DNA from: Candidatus Staskawiczbacteria bacterium
GTDB taxonomy: Bacteria; Patescibacteriota; Minisyncoccia; Minisyncoccales; Staskawiczbacteraceae
Direction: 5' to 3'
Length of the DNA stretch: 64,000 bases
Assembly (NCBI GenBank): GCA_903928565.1
Contig: CAIYRH010000007.1
Location: 14,139 to 78,138, forward strand
Shown here: piece after piece, positions 30,158-40,333 of the stretch
How positions within the stretch are numbered: the stretch's first letter is position 1
Layout: each line of letters opens with the position of its first letter
Notes under the pieces: model-generated
What the model was told of the DNA's origin: nothing
Database searches by the model: none
The model's input: only the letters and a program-made list of their open reading frames with translations
Translations under genes and position numbers: made by a program

Positions 30158-30574
30158 CTATTCTATTGGCTCTCTGTAGGCGTCTGGGCCTTGGTTCTGT
30201 TGAACAACCGGTGGAGCTATATTTTCTAAAGGTTTTTTAATTCTAGGCTTCCTGACAACAGGAATTTTAGGATTTATTTCACTTGCCGCTAATTTTTCTG
30301 CAATAGGCACAAGTTTACTTATAATTTCCGCATAAATGGTGCTTGCAGTTAATGCTGGTATGTTTAGTTCTGTTGCTAAAAAAGTGCATATGTCTTTTTC
30401 GACAGCGCCATCTACTACAATTTTTTCAACAGCACTAATAATAATTTGCCCTTGCAAGGGTTTGTTGTTAGATAATTTCTCTAAAATATCTTCATTAGAT
30501 TCTTCTATTTTGTTATCTTGAAGAATTTTTGTAATTATAGGAAACGTATCTTCTTTGAAATTTATTTTTTCCAT
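30158..30574 (-). CDS. Hypothetical protein
   Basis: 138-aa ORF ending GPDAYREPIE, directly after the VirB6-like gene. Confidence 0.7.
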   Translation of the reverse strand: MEKINFKEDTFPIITKILQDNKIEESNEDILEKLSNNKPLQGQIIISAVEKIVVDGAVEKDICTFLATELNIPALTASTIYAEIISKLVPIAEKLAASEINPKIPVVRKPRIKKPLENIAPPVVQQNQGPDAYREPIE

Positions 30575-30596
30575 AGTATTTTTTTAATATATACTT

Positions 30597-33077
30597 TTAT
30601 CTTCTTGGATGGTTTCTCTCAAAATCGGCTCCTGGCGGAATTATTATTCTTGGGCCTTCTGGCGCCGGTGTGGCATTGCCGCCACCTCCTCCTTCGCCTC
30701 GTGTGTCGTCGTTTTTTCTTACTCTTCTCGTCGCTTCTTTCATGGCGTTAAAGCGTTCAACAGCTTTTTCTTGAGCTACGGCGTCACCATGCTGGAGCTC
30801 TCTTAGGTGGTCATTAAAAGCATTTGTAAATGCAGCCACTTTTTCATCATTTCCATTTCTAAGCAAGTTTGTCATTTGGTTGGTGCCAGCGTATTTAGCA
30901 AATGTAGGCATAGCTTCTTTTGGTAATTCCAAAACTTTATCCGTTGGCATTTTCTTAATGGCTTTTTCAATTCTTTCCTCACCCAACTTTTCTTTTCTCT
31001 TTATAATGTCTTCAGATTTAATGTTATTTCCAAAAGTGACAATTTGTTTTGCCACAGCTTCTTTAGACATACCCGAAGTCGCCAGCCTTTCTTCTTCTTT
31101 ATCCATTATGCTTCTCTTCGCCTCGGCATCGGAAACTGGGGCAGTTATTCCTAGGGCGCCCTCTATAGTTCTTCGGTGTCTTATCGTTCGGCTAGCATTT
31201 TCCATGTCGGTAGCTGTAACTCCTTCCCCTTTCATAGAATGTTTAGCTATTTTGATTGCTCCTTTTTCAGATATGCCTTCTCCAACCTTTTTATCGATGC
31301 GTTCTTTCAATATATGTGTCATTATTTCTTCCTTTGATGGAGTAGCTCCTGCTGTTGGGCTGGCTTTTCCTAATAATTCTTTTGAAACACCAAATGATTT
31401 AGCATAAGCAATAGCTTCTTCTCGTTTTGTTGAATCAATGGCGCTAAGAGCATTCCTCTTGGCTAATATTTGCACTGCCGAGGCTTTTTCTGCTGCTTTT
31501 GCGGCGGTTAATGGTTTCTGTGCAGCAATTTTACCAAGCACTTCGTTGTCTTGAATTGCGTCTAATTTAGCCAAAGGATCTTTCATTCGGGCAGCCTGGT
31601 TAGAAGCAGTTGTGCCTTGCGGGACAATACGAATTCCTGTTGCCATACCAAATTTTTCTGCTGCATTAGTAGCAAAATCTTTTACTTTTTGTCCGCCCCT
31701 TTGTGCGGCTCCGGCTACCCCTGTTAATTTTGCAGCTCCCGTGAGCCCCCCCATTGCTAACATTGCTCCGCCAGAAACTAGCCCAATGGCAGCGGTGCTC
31801 GCCATTTTTGCAATGCCGGTTTTTTGTGAAGTCATTTTAAACCCTACAACTAAAAATCCTAATACAATAACAACTTGAGTTATTAACTGTCCGGCATTTG
31901 GCGTTGTGGTAGACGGCGAAGATAAAGTAGCAATTGGCTGATTCAAAAGGCTTTGTGTAGTCATTACAGTGGCGGCAAGCCACAAAACAAACGAACCAAT
32001 TACGCCAATGAAGACCCATTTTAAAAAGTGGCCCCACCACTCTGTCCATAAATGTCTTGAAGCCGGGAAAACCCAAAAAGTAAATGCCAAGGGCGACAAA
32101 ATATATAACATTATTAAAATTACATATCTTGCCAATAAAATAAAAAGTAAATAAAAATAAGTAAAAGCAATTCCCAAATAAACCACTCCGAACATAGCAC
32201 ACAAGGTTACATAATTAAAAATACCCGATGCTGCGAGATCATTAGTAAGTAAAGTTTTTGTGGCAATTTGTAGGCGGAATAAAAGAATGGCCGGGCCACC
32301 AATTACTGGTATTGTGGCAGCTGCTGTCTGTCCTGCTCCTTGTAGCCCCATTCCAGAAAAGGAACTTGTTATTAAATTTGCTGCATCTATTAGCAACCCG
32401 CAGAATAACCCAGAAAAATTAATTGCTAAAGCAACTAATATTAAGGGCAGTAAAAGTTTTTTTGCTTCATACTCTCTAAGTCTTAAAGCAGTAGCAATGC
32501 CAACTACAACAAAACCCAAAACAATAAGCATGTTGCCCAAATTTCTTACTTGCGCCCAAGCTTTGGTAAAATCTGCACCACCGTTGGAACTTTGGTCTGT
32601 TGTTATTGGTGCACTTAAATAGTTAATTAAAATAAAGTTAAGTGAAGACATGGCTGAGCTGGCTATCATATATGGGCCATCAACTAAAACATCACCAATT
32701 AAACCGCCAAGCCATTTAAACCCTATGCCCTCGTCAAATGGTGGGTCTTGGAGCCTTGTGTTTTCAGCCGTACTTTCATAGGCCTTTTGTGCAGCAGCGG
32801 TTCCAGTGCCAGGCCCACAAAAAGACATAATCCATTCCTGAGCATTGGCGACGGTATTTCTACTATTGAATATTTTTCCCACTGCTAATGAAAGGTCTAC
32901 AAAACCACGGGCTACCGAACTTCCAGCTGCATTGAGCATGCCCTGATTATTCCATTGCGTGCACCAAGGAGCTAACCCGTGTGCTACAACTGGAGATAAA
33001 AATCCTATAGATAGCGCAAGTAAAAAGGTAAAAGCAGTTAGTTTCTTATGTGCTAAAAATTTAGAGAATAAATTCAT
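30597..33077 (-). CDS. VirB6/TrbL-like polytopic membrane protein
   Basis: WAQVRNLGN, ALAINFS, RYVILIMLYILSPLAF, WWGHF, long cytoplasmic tail. Confidence 0.75.
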   Translation of the reverse strand: MNLFSKFLAHKKLTAFTFLLALSIGFLSPVVAHGLAPWCTQWNNQGMLNAAGSSVARGFVDLSLAVGKIFNSRNTVANAQEWIMSFCGPGTGTAAAQKAYESTAENTRLQDPPFDEGIGFKWLGGLIGDVLVDGPYMIASSAMSSLNFILINYLSAPITTDQSSNGGADFTKAWAQVRNLGNMLIVLGFVVVGIATALRLREYEAKKLLLPLILVALAINFSGLFCGLLIDAANLITSSFSGMGLQGAGQTAAATIPVIGGPAILLFRLQIATKTLLTNDLAASGIFNYVTLCAMFGVVYLGIAFTYFYLLFILLARYVILIMLYILSPLAFTFWVFPASRHLWTEWWGHFLKWVFIGVIGSFVLWLAATVMTTQSLLNQPIATLSSPSTTTPNAGQLITQVVIVLGFLVVGFKMTSQKTGIAKMASTAAIGLVSGGAMLAMGGLTGAAKLTGVAGAAQRGGQKVKDFATNAAEKFGMATGIRIVPQGTTASNQAARMKDPLAKLDAIQDNEVLGKIAAQKPLTAAKAAEKASAVQILAKRNALSAIDSTKREEAIAYAKSFGVSKELLGKASPTAGATPSKEEIMTHILKERIDKKVGEGISEKGAIKIAKHSMKGEGVTATDMENASRTIRHRRTIEGALGITAPVSDAEAKRSIMDKEEERLATSGMSKEAVAKQIVTFGNNIKSEDIIKRKEKLGEERIEKAIKKMPTDKVLELPKEAMPTFAKYAGTNQMTNLLRNGNDEKVAAFTNAFNDHLRELQHGDAVAQEKAVERFNAMKEATRRVRKNDDTRGEGGGGGNATPAPEGPRIIIPPGADFERNHPRR

Positions 33078-33161
33078 ATTAGTTTGTAGTGAGTAGTATT
33101 AAATTGTTTTATTTTACACCATCTAAACTTTTAAAGGTAGTCAAGTTATTCACACATTTAC

Positions 33162-33663
33162 TAGTTTGTAGTTTGTAGTTGGTAGTGAGTAGACGAAAAG
33201 CTAATCTCGCTAATTAATCTTTTAGTTCGTGAGTCAATTTATTTAACATGCGCATTATCTCAGATAATAAGTTTTCAATTTTTTGATAATCTTCGGCTTT
33301 CCCAAATTTCAGTCGTTTTGCAATTTCTATTTGAGTTTCTAATTCCGCGCCAGATCCATAAGCAGTTAAAAGGAAGTTTCTAAAATCTTTTCTTGAACTG
33401 CGTCGGCTTCCCTCGGCGATATTAGAAGGGATAGAAACCGAGGCTCTACACATTTGAGAAGTTAATCCATAAATTTCTTCTTTTGGGAAATTTCCAGTTA
33501 ATTTATAAACTAGAACAACTAAATCCATTGCCTTTTGCCACACAATTAGATTTCCATAAGATTCTATTCCCATATATTTGATTTTAATATTTTCTACAAA
33601 CTACTCACTCTTTCTACAAACTATTATCCTTTCTACAAACTACAAACTACTCACTACAAACTA
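33162..33663. repeat. Inverted TAGTTTG/CTACAAA heptamer arrays enclosing four helix bundle gene 3
   Basis: tagtttg tagtttg tagttgg tagtgag at 33162-33192; ctacaaa/ctactca units at 33594-33663. Confidence 0.85.
33214..33573 (-). CDS. Four helix bundle protein
   Basis: SYGNLIVWQKAM, FPKEEIYGLTSQMCRASVSIPSNIAEG, GSGAELETQ. Confidence 0.92.
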   Translation of the reverse strand: MGIESYGNLIVWQKAMDLVVLVYKLTGNFPKEEIYGLTSQMCRASVSIPSNIAEGSRRSSRKDFRNFLLTAYGSGAELETQIEIAKRLKFGKAEDYQKIENLLSEIMRMLNKLTHELKD

Positions 33664-34473
33664 TCTGTAAGGTTTTTCCAGTCTTCAATGCTCAATGTTT
33701 GGGCGCGTTGGGTTGGTTGAATATTATTTTTTAGAAGCCATTCTTCAACTTTTGTTTTTTCTAGTTTTAATATTTTTGATAAATTCCCCCCAAGCTGTTT
33801 TCTTGGTTGTGAAAAACCAGCTTTAACTATTTTAAAGAATTTATCGGGAGAAGTCAGACCTCCTGTCGGGCGAAAGGTTTGACTTCGGGGAGTAATTTTT
33901 ATTATTGCAGAATCAATTTTTGGTGCTGGCCAAAAACAATTTTTTGAAACATAACTTATAATTTTTGGCGTTGCATAAAATTGCACAGAAACGGCCAACA
34001 AGTTCATGTCCCCCACCGTTGCACAAATTCTTTGTGCCACTTCTTTTTGAATCATTAAAATTATTTCTTGCGGTGGATTGGGGTGCCCTTCGGGCCGTTC
34101 TAAAAATTTTCTAATTAACGGTGAAGTTAAATAATAAGGAATGTTTGCTATTAGTTTGTAGTTTGTAGTGAGTAGTGGGTAGTCTGCAAGATTAATTTTT
34201 AAAATCCTTAATAGTTTCTTTTAAAATTGTTTGCATTGCCGAACTTTTTTCAACAGCAATAATTTTTTTTGCACGGCTTGCTAATTCTTTTGTTAAAACT
34301 CCAATGCCCGGCCCCACTTCTAAAATTGTGTCTGTTTTTTTTATGTCGCCCGCTTCAACTATTTTTCTTAAAACATTTTCATCTATTAAGAAATTTTGCC
34401 CCAAACCTTTTGAAGCGCGTGTTTCATATTTTTTGAGAAGCTCTTTTATTATTGTTGGAGAAGTTAAATTCAT
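33654..34473 (-). pseudogene. rsmA: 16S rRNA dimethyltransferase RsmA/KsgA, frameshifted near 34200
   Basis: GLGQNFL and EVGPGIG in the 5' frame; IANIPYY, QKEVA and PAPKIDS in a different frame. Confidence 0.85.
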
Positions 34474-34541
34474 TTATATATTGTATCATAGATTGTAATT
34501 TGTGATACAATTAATAAACATAAAAAATTAAATAAAAGAAT

Positions 34542-37343
34542 ATGAATAAAGAACAAATAGTCAAAATAAAATTATGGCTTGCCAAAAACAAGCTATTGAT
34601 ATTGTTTTCTGTTTTTGTGATAGCAACATACGCTTTCATTGGAGGGCACATTGTAGAAAATCAACAAGCCTCTCTTTCAACCGCCCTGCAATCTTCAAAC
34701 TATGTAATTTCCCCTATGAATTCTGCCACGGGCATGGGCATTGTCACAAAGTTAGATAATGTTTGTAATTATGGTCCAGCTGTTGACCAAATTAATAAAA
34801 TTATCAATTCAATTGATTACCAGTCCCAACTGGCAATTAAAGCATACAAAACATCTAGTTGTGCAAATGGAAATAAAAGTACAACTCAACCCTGCATCCA
34901 AATAGAAGACACCTTATCAAATCTTTTTATCTCTCGAGCTTCGTATTCGCAAGAATTAGACAGAATAAATTATCAGGCAAATCAAAATCATTGCGGGACG
35001 CCTGTTGCATATAATAATAAAACAGATAAGAAATTTAATATATTAAACAATTCCTTAGGTGCTCTGGCGAATATTGTATTAGCTGTGACAAACAGTTCAA
35101 CTTTACATGCAAATTGTACTGTGCCAAGTAACAACATAACGGTTGGTATGTCAGTTGTTTACAGGGCTTCGGTATCTGGTGGAAGTGGAAATTATTCATA
35201 TACCTGGGCAAATAGTTGGTCTGGACCAAGTGCAAATGGAAGCACAATGTCTAAAACATTCACAGCTCCAGGCATTTATACAGCATCTGTAATAGTATAT
35301 TCTGGAGCAACATCTGCTACAGCTTCATGCCCCAGTATAACAGTGGCGCAAACATCAGGAACAGGAACAAACACCGGCATAGGTACCAATACAGGATCCG
35401 GCACGAACACTCCATTAAGTGCAACTTGTTCAACAAGCTCATCATCAACAATATTAAGCAGGGCTGTAACTTATTCTGCTTCGGCATCCGGGGGGAATGG
35501 AATATATTCATATAGTTGGTCGGGGCCTTTGGGCAATACGGCCAGTGTATCAAGAATATTTCCATCTGCAGGTACATACTCTGGGTCTGTTACCGTCAGT
35601 TCTGGTGGGCAAACCGCTACAGCACTTTGCCCAACAGTAACGGTTACATCAACAACTGGAGGAGGTTCGGGCGCGGGATCGGGGACGGGCACAGAAACTG
35701 GCACAGGAACTGGCAATATAAATTTACCGGCAACTAATAACGTAATTCGTCCCGTTAACGATCCTGTAGGATTATCACTTAATATCGTGGAATCTGCTTT
35801 GAGTTTAGGTGCGAATGGAGGAACAGACTTTGGTTGGTTAATTCAACAAACAACAGATAGTAAATTTAATACTGCCATTTCTGGTGGATTTACATACACA
35901 CCAACTAATCAGACGATGAGGGCATTGGTTGTTTCGTGGTTAAATTCAAGAATAAATAGTTTTAATACTTCATTGCCAAGCGTGCCGGTGCCGCCTTCGT
36001 CCGATGTTCTTGTGGATATTTTAATGTATCCTGGAAATATCAATAACAAGTTAGGTGTTGGAGCAACTGATCCGTCATCCTTCATAAATTCTACAGATGG
36101 CACAATTTTCTCTCTTAATAAATATGCCACAGTTGCCACTTCTGCAATCTCAAAATTAAATTCTATACAGCAAACTGCCACGTCGTATGGCTTCTCCGAT
36201 GTTGCTTCACTCGTTCAACAGCTAATTACCAAAACACAATTAATTATTGACCTTAATCTTTACGGGCAAAATTCTCCGGGCACTTTAAATCAAGGGGGTC
36301 AATTAAAACTTAATATAAAGACAACGGATCAACTTAATTCTTTTATTGATGGAATCAGTTTTTCAAATAATAATAGCAAAGAAATCGTCAGACAGAATTT
36401 AGAAAATAATATTAAAGTGCCCAGCAATATCATTACTGTGTATTTTGATACTGCAAATAATCCACGAGATGATAAATACAATTCAAAGATAGGAAGATAT
36501 CAAGATTATTATGTGGAGGACGAAGTGATTGTAAATACTCCGATGTGTGCGAGAGAAATATTGGCCGATGAACAAAATGTGGTTCAGAACGATCCCCTAC
36601 CTGAAGATTCTTTTTTGGGAGACAATAAAGATGGAATATGTTCCATACTTTCTGCAGCAAAATCTCTAGAAGATGATTTGTCGTTTAATGACGGCTCTTA
36701 TCCTGGATATCCTAATCCCACACTAAACTCAAATTCCGATACCCTCCCCAGGAATACAAAAGTTTGGAGTTGCCCATTTCTAGAAAAAATAACTCAGGTT
36801 GCCGGAGTGCCCTCTGGCCCCAGTGCCGTACAACGGCTAGATTTTTATACAAAAAATTTAACTAAGGCAACCAAGGTTAACCAATATTTTTTCCCGCCCA
36901 ATCTTAATGAGGAGTTTATTAAATGGTTTAAAAAAAATGATGGCAGAAATTGTACATTTAATTCCTACATAAAAGTTGATGACCAATTCTTTGGTCACTC
37001 GAGTCATATAGTAGACATTAAACAGGAAAATGGTAAATATAATGTTGTGATTGATAATATGCTTGATCAAGGAGAAAAGCAGAGTGTGTTGGGCGCCGAT
37101 GGAAAAGTTAAAAAAATTAATTGGTATGTTAATGCACCAGTAGATCCGGGGCAAACAACTTTGCAAATAGACTTTGCAGATAATAAAACTTTGACATGGG
37201 TGAAGGACAGTAAAAATGTGCGGGGTGATGCGGGAAATTTTTGGAGAAATATTAAGCTAACTAGTTGGATAATTGATTGTGTTGTTCCTGAATACCCGGG
37301 TAAAACCCCACTGCTCCCACCCCAGGATGTAAGCGATTTTTAA
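34542..37343 (+). CDS. Large surface protein with two PKD-like repeats
   Basis: N-terminal TM helix; two SGG.G.YSY.W...F..G.Y units separated by GT-rich linkers. Confidence 0.75.
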   Translation: MNKEQIVKIKLWLAKNKLLILFSVFVIATYAFIGGHIVENQQASLSTALQSSNYVISPMNSATGMGIVTKLDNVCNYGPAVDQINKIINSIDYQSQLAIKAYKTSSCANGNKSTTQPCIQIEDTLSNLFISRASYSQELDRINYQANQNHCGTPVAYNNKTDKKFNILNNSLGALANIVLAVTNSSTLHANCTVPSNNITVGMSVVYRASVSGGSGNYSYTWANSWSGPSANGSTMSKTFTAPGIYTASVIVYSGATSATASCPSITVAQTSGTGTNTGIGTNTGSGTNTPLSATCSTSSSSTILSRAVTYSASASGGNGIYSYSWSGPLGNTASVSRIFPSAGTYSGSVTVSSGGQTATALCPTVTVTSTTGGGSGAGSGTGTETGTGTGNINLPATNNVIRPVNDPVGLSLNIVESALSLGANGGTDFGWLIQQTTDSKFNTAISGGFTYTPTNQTMRALVVSWLNSRINSFNTSLPSVPVPPSSDVLVDILMYPGNINNKLGVGATDPSSFINSTDGTIFSLNKYATVATSAISKLNSIQQTATSYGFSDVASLVQQLITKTQLIIDLNLYGQNSPGTLNQGGQLKLNIKTTDQLNSFIDGISFSNNNSKEIVRQNLENNIKVPSNIITVYFDTANNPRDDKYNSKIGRYQDYYVEDEVIVNTPMCAREILADEQNVVQNDPLPEDSFLGDNKDGICSILSAAKSLEDDLSFNDGSYPGYPNPTLNSNSDTLPRNTKVWSCPFLEKITQVAGVPSGPSAVQRLDFYTKNLTKATKVNQYFFPPNLNEEFIKWFKKNDGRNCTFNSYIKVDDQFFGHSSHIVDIKQENGKYNVVIDNMLDQGEKQSVLGADGKVKKINWYVNAPVDPGQTTLQIDFADNKTLTWVKDSKNVRGDAGNFWRNIKLTSWIIDCVVPEYPGKTPLLPPQDVSDF

Positions 37344-37403
37344 TTATCAAAAATTTTCCGGCATTGAAGAAAAAGTAGGTGTCTATATATGTCATCAAAT
37401 AGC

Positions 37404-37433
37404 TTGACAAACATCATATCTGTATAGCATAAT
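37404..37433 (+). promoter_or_regulatory. Sigma70 promoter
   Basis: TTGACA-N18-CATAAT. Confidence 0.5.
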
Positions 37434-37542
37434 AAAGCCAGACTATTGGGATTATGGCAAGTGCCACAAAAGGCCTTTGTCATAGTTCCAATATTGAAAA
37501 TTTTCAATTCCAAACCAACAATCAACCCCCACAACCAACCCC

Positions 37543-39093
37543 ATGAAAACAACAACCGCCGTCGCCGCAAAGGCGATTTCCATGAAGAAGATGGTTATAG
37601 GCGCCGTGTTGGCGCTTATGGCCTCAATTGCGATTTTCGTTGCCAACCAGGCGGAGCCGACGAAGGCGCGGGTGTACCCCACGCAAGCGACGGTGGCAGC
37701 GTTTCACCAAAACGCTCCATTGGTCCCAATGTCCAGAAGCGACACGGGGCATTCAGTCTCACGAACCGCCGTCGACAATAGTGCCGATTACACCGCTCCG
37801 CTGAAGAGCGGAGTGTCCACGTTCAACCAAAACCAGCCCTCAACCAAGACGCTGGTGAACTCCAGGTCGGGCGGAGCATTCTACGTCTTCCCCACCACCG
37901 TGGTCTCATCCGCCCCGAAGACAGTCAATCTCTCAAGAAGTGGTGCCGGTAACTATCGTGCGACTTCGTCGACGAACGGCAACTACGGTAGTGGGTACTA
38001 TCCCTCTTTGGGGGGTGGCGACTACCTCAACTTCGGCTACCCTGGTGGTGGCGGAGGTGGCGGTGGGTCTATTGGAAATCCCGATAACGGGAACCAGACC
38101 CACCCGCAACTGCCGTTTAACGGGTACGGAGGCACGCCGGGTGGAAACGGCCAAGACACCACACTGTGGGTTGGCCTTACATGCTCCAATGATGGAGTAT
38201 ATGTTTTCGCCTGTGGCAAAGGCCGAATGATTTCTGTGTCTGACGACGGCGGAACAACGTGGAAAGCGTGCGGAGAAATCCGTAACTACTCGGGTATCTC
38301 CGTTTCTGGCACGGGCCAGTATGGCATAGCTACCGTTTTCCACGGTGGCGTGTACGCCACCAAAGACTTCGGTCAAACATGGAAAGCTGAGCCAGGCCTG
38401 AAAGACGCGGATTATTCGGCCTGTGCCATCTCTAAAGATGGCCTCGTCCGGACTCTAACCGTTTCGGGCGGAAATATTTTCACGTCAAAAGACGGCGGAA
38501 AAAACTACCGCTTGGTTGCGAGCCCTCGCGATTGGCGTGGGGTTACGTTGTCGGTCTACGGCGAGCTTCAGGTTGCGGTGGACGCAAAGGGTTATCCCAA
38601 TTTCTCAGTCAACAGCGGTGTTGACTGGAAGCCGGTTGGCTCCTTAGTCAGCAGCTGGTCTGCTGTGACAATGTCCATCGATAGCATGTTCGGTCTCTAT
38701 GCCGACGGCAAGGCATTGTACAGATGGGAGAAATTTGACCTAACTCCCATTCTGGCCTTAAACGTCGCGGCAATTGCCGTGGCTACCGACCGGTACGGGC
38801 TGAACAGCCTTGTTACCGATGGCAAAGCTCTTTACGAGTCATTTGACTACAGCCACAAGTGGAGGACGATTGTCGCCCCCACCAGAACTTGGGCTGTTAT
38901 TGCTATGGCTGCGGAGGTGCCACAACGCATCTACGTTGCCGAGCAGAACGGTGCAGTGTGGAGCTCTTACGAGTTCGATAAGGTGACGGGCAACCGTATC
39001 TGGCATCAAGGTGTCACAAATGCTGACGCCCCTTATCCAGATGTTGCTCCGGCCCCAACGAGTCCCCCGGGATTCTTCGGCTCGGAGTTCTGA
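37543..39093 (+). CDS. Secreted BNR/Asp-box beta-propeller protein, GC-rich
   Basis: SDDGGTTW, TKDFGQTW, SKDGGKNY, SVNSGVDW Asp-boxes; N-terminal TM helix. Confidence 0.75.
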   Translation: MKTTTAVAAKAISMKKMVIGAVLALMASIAIFVANQAEPTKARVYPTQATVAAFHQNAPLVPMSRSDTGHSVSRTAVDNSADYTAPLKSGVSTFNQNQPSTKTLVNSRSGGAFYVFPTTVVSSAPKTVNLSRSGAGNYRATSSTNGNYGSGYYPSLGGGDYLNFGYPGGGGGGGGSIGNPDNGNQTHPQLPFNGYGGTPGGNGQDTTLWVGLTCSNDGVYVFACGKGRMISVSDDGGTTWKACGEIRNYSGISVSGTGQYGIATVFHGGVYATKDFGQTWKAEPGLKDADYSACAISKDGLVRTLTVSGGNIFTSKDGGKNYRLVASPRDWRGVTLSVYGELQVAVDAKGYPNFSVNSGVDWKPVGSLVSSWSAVTMSIDSMFGLYADGKALYRWEKFDLTPILALNVAAIAVATDRYGLNSLVTDGKALYESFDYSHKWRTIVAPTRTWAVIAMAAEVPQRIYVAEQNGAVWSSYEFDKVTGNRIWHQGVTNADAPYPDVAPAPTSPPGFFGSEF

Positions 39094-39108
39094 GAACATT
39101 TTTAGCAA

Positions 39109-39150
39109 AAGCGCCTAGCGGTCTTCGGACTGCTTCGCGCTTCTTTTTTT
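39109..39150 (+). terminator. Intrinsic terminator
   Basis: Stem with cTTCGg tetraloop followed by T7. Confidence 0.75.
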
Positions 39151-39212
39151 GCATAAAAAAGTGTGTATAACTATTTGACCTAGGGTCTTAAAAATGGTAA
39201 GTTAGAACTAAG

Positions 39213-40331
39213 TTGTTAAAAATAATTAACAAATTATTAATAAGGATAAAAAAACTCAAAATTAAGGGATTATCAAAAAATCCTTTGTTTTTTTTCGGTT
39301 TAATTTCTGTCTTTCTATTTATAAGTATATATATGTCCTGCGACGGCTCTAGTCTTGTGCCAAACCATTTGGCATTTTTTAATTCATCATTTGATAATAC
39401 AAACGGCAGTGCTTTGTTCTCTAGCCAATCAACTGCCATTCCTTTAGAAACTCCCGATTTAAAAATATTGCAAAACAATACGCTTTGCGCCATGGCTACT
39501 CCGTGCGCTGTTTCGGGGAAAGTTTTGGGAGATGTTTTTGGTGGAAGCCCGCAAAATAAAGATGTTACCGATTATACAGTACAACCGGGCGATACTTTTC
39601 AATCAATTGCAAACTCTTACAACATTTCTGTAGATACCATTCTTTGGGCAAATGAATTATCTTCTTCTTCAAAAATCAAAAATGGCGAAATTTTAACAAT
39701 TTTACCGGTAGACGGCGTTTTACACATTGTGCAATCTGGCGATACAATGACGGCCATTGCTGCAAAATACAAGGCTAAAGCCGACGACATTATTTCTTTC
39801 AACGATTTGGCAAACCAAGACGACATTTATGTTGGAGATATTTTAGTAATTCCTGGTGGAGTAATGCCTAAAAAATCAACCGCCAAACCAGTGCCCATTT
39901 CCAATCACCAAGTACCTCTAGCCCACAACTATTTTATATCTCCAGTTTTGCAGGGGCACATTACGCAAGGCTTACATTATTTCAATGGCATTGACATTGC
40001 CAACCCATGCGGAACGCCAATTTATGCTGCAGCTTCCGGCATTGTACAAAGGGTTTACAGCGACGGTGGTTGGCACCAAGGTGGAGGAAATTTTGTTACA
40101 ATTTTGCATCCTAATGGAACGTCAACTTACTACGGACACTTCGAAACGGTTTATGTTGTGTCTGGCCAGCATGTTACAGTTGGTGATAGGTTGGGCCTTA
40201 CTGGAAGAACGGGAAAAGCAACTGGTTGCCACGTGCACTTTGAAGTTATTGGAGCGTGGAATTTTATGTCGCAATACCCTGTTGGTGCGCACATTAAATG
40301 CGACGCAGCCGGGTGTCATATTACAAAATAG
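39213..40331 (+). CDS. LysM-LysM-M23 peptidase family protein
   Basis: YTVQPGDT, HIVQSGDT, NGIDIA, YYGH, ATGCHVHFE. Confidence 0.9.
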   Translation: MLKIINKLLIRIKKLKIKGLSKNPLFFFGLISVFLFISIYMSCDGSSLVPNHLAFFNSSFDNTNGSALFSSQSTAIPLETPDLKILQNNTLCAMATPCAVSGKVLGDVFGGSPQNKDVTDYTVQPGDTFQSIANSYNISVDTILWANELSSSSKIKNGEILTILPVDGVLHIVQSGDTMTAIAAKYKAKADDIISFNDLANQDDIYVGDILVIPGGVMPKKSTAKPVPISNHQVPLAHNYFISPVLQGHITQGLHYFNGIDIANPCGTPIYAAASGIVQRVYSDGGWHQGGGNFVTILHPNGTSTYYGHFETVYVVSGQHVTVGDRLGLTGRTGKATGCHVHFEVIGAWNFMSQYPVGAHIKCDAAGCHITK

Positions 40332-40333
40332 AC

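Noticed and set aside
17788..33077. Prophage or ICE
   Set aside because: No integrase, relaxase, phage structural genes or att repeats are visible, and composition matches the core genes.
27078..33573. Diversity-generating retroelement suggested by Avd-like proteins
   Set aside because: No reverse transcriptase and no TR/VR pair with adenine-specific mismatches seen.
35350..35720. Gly/Thr-rich repeats in the PKD protein
   Set aside because: Ordinary low-complexity linkers with varied codons, so not a DNA-level repeat.
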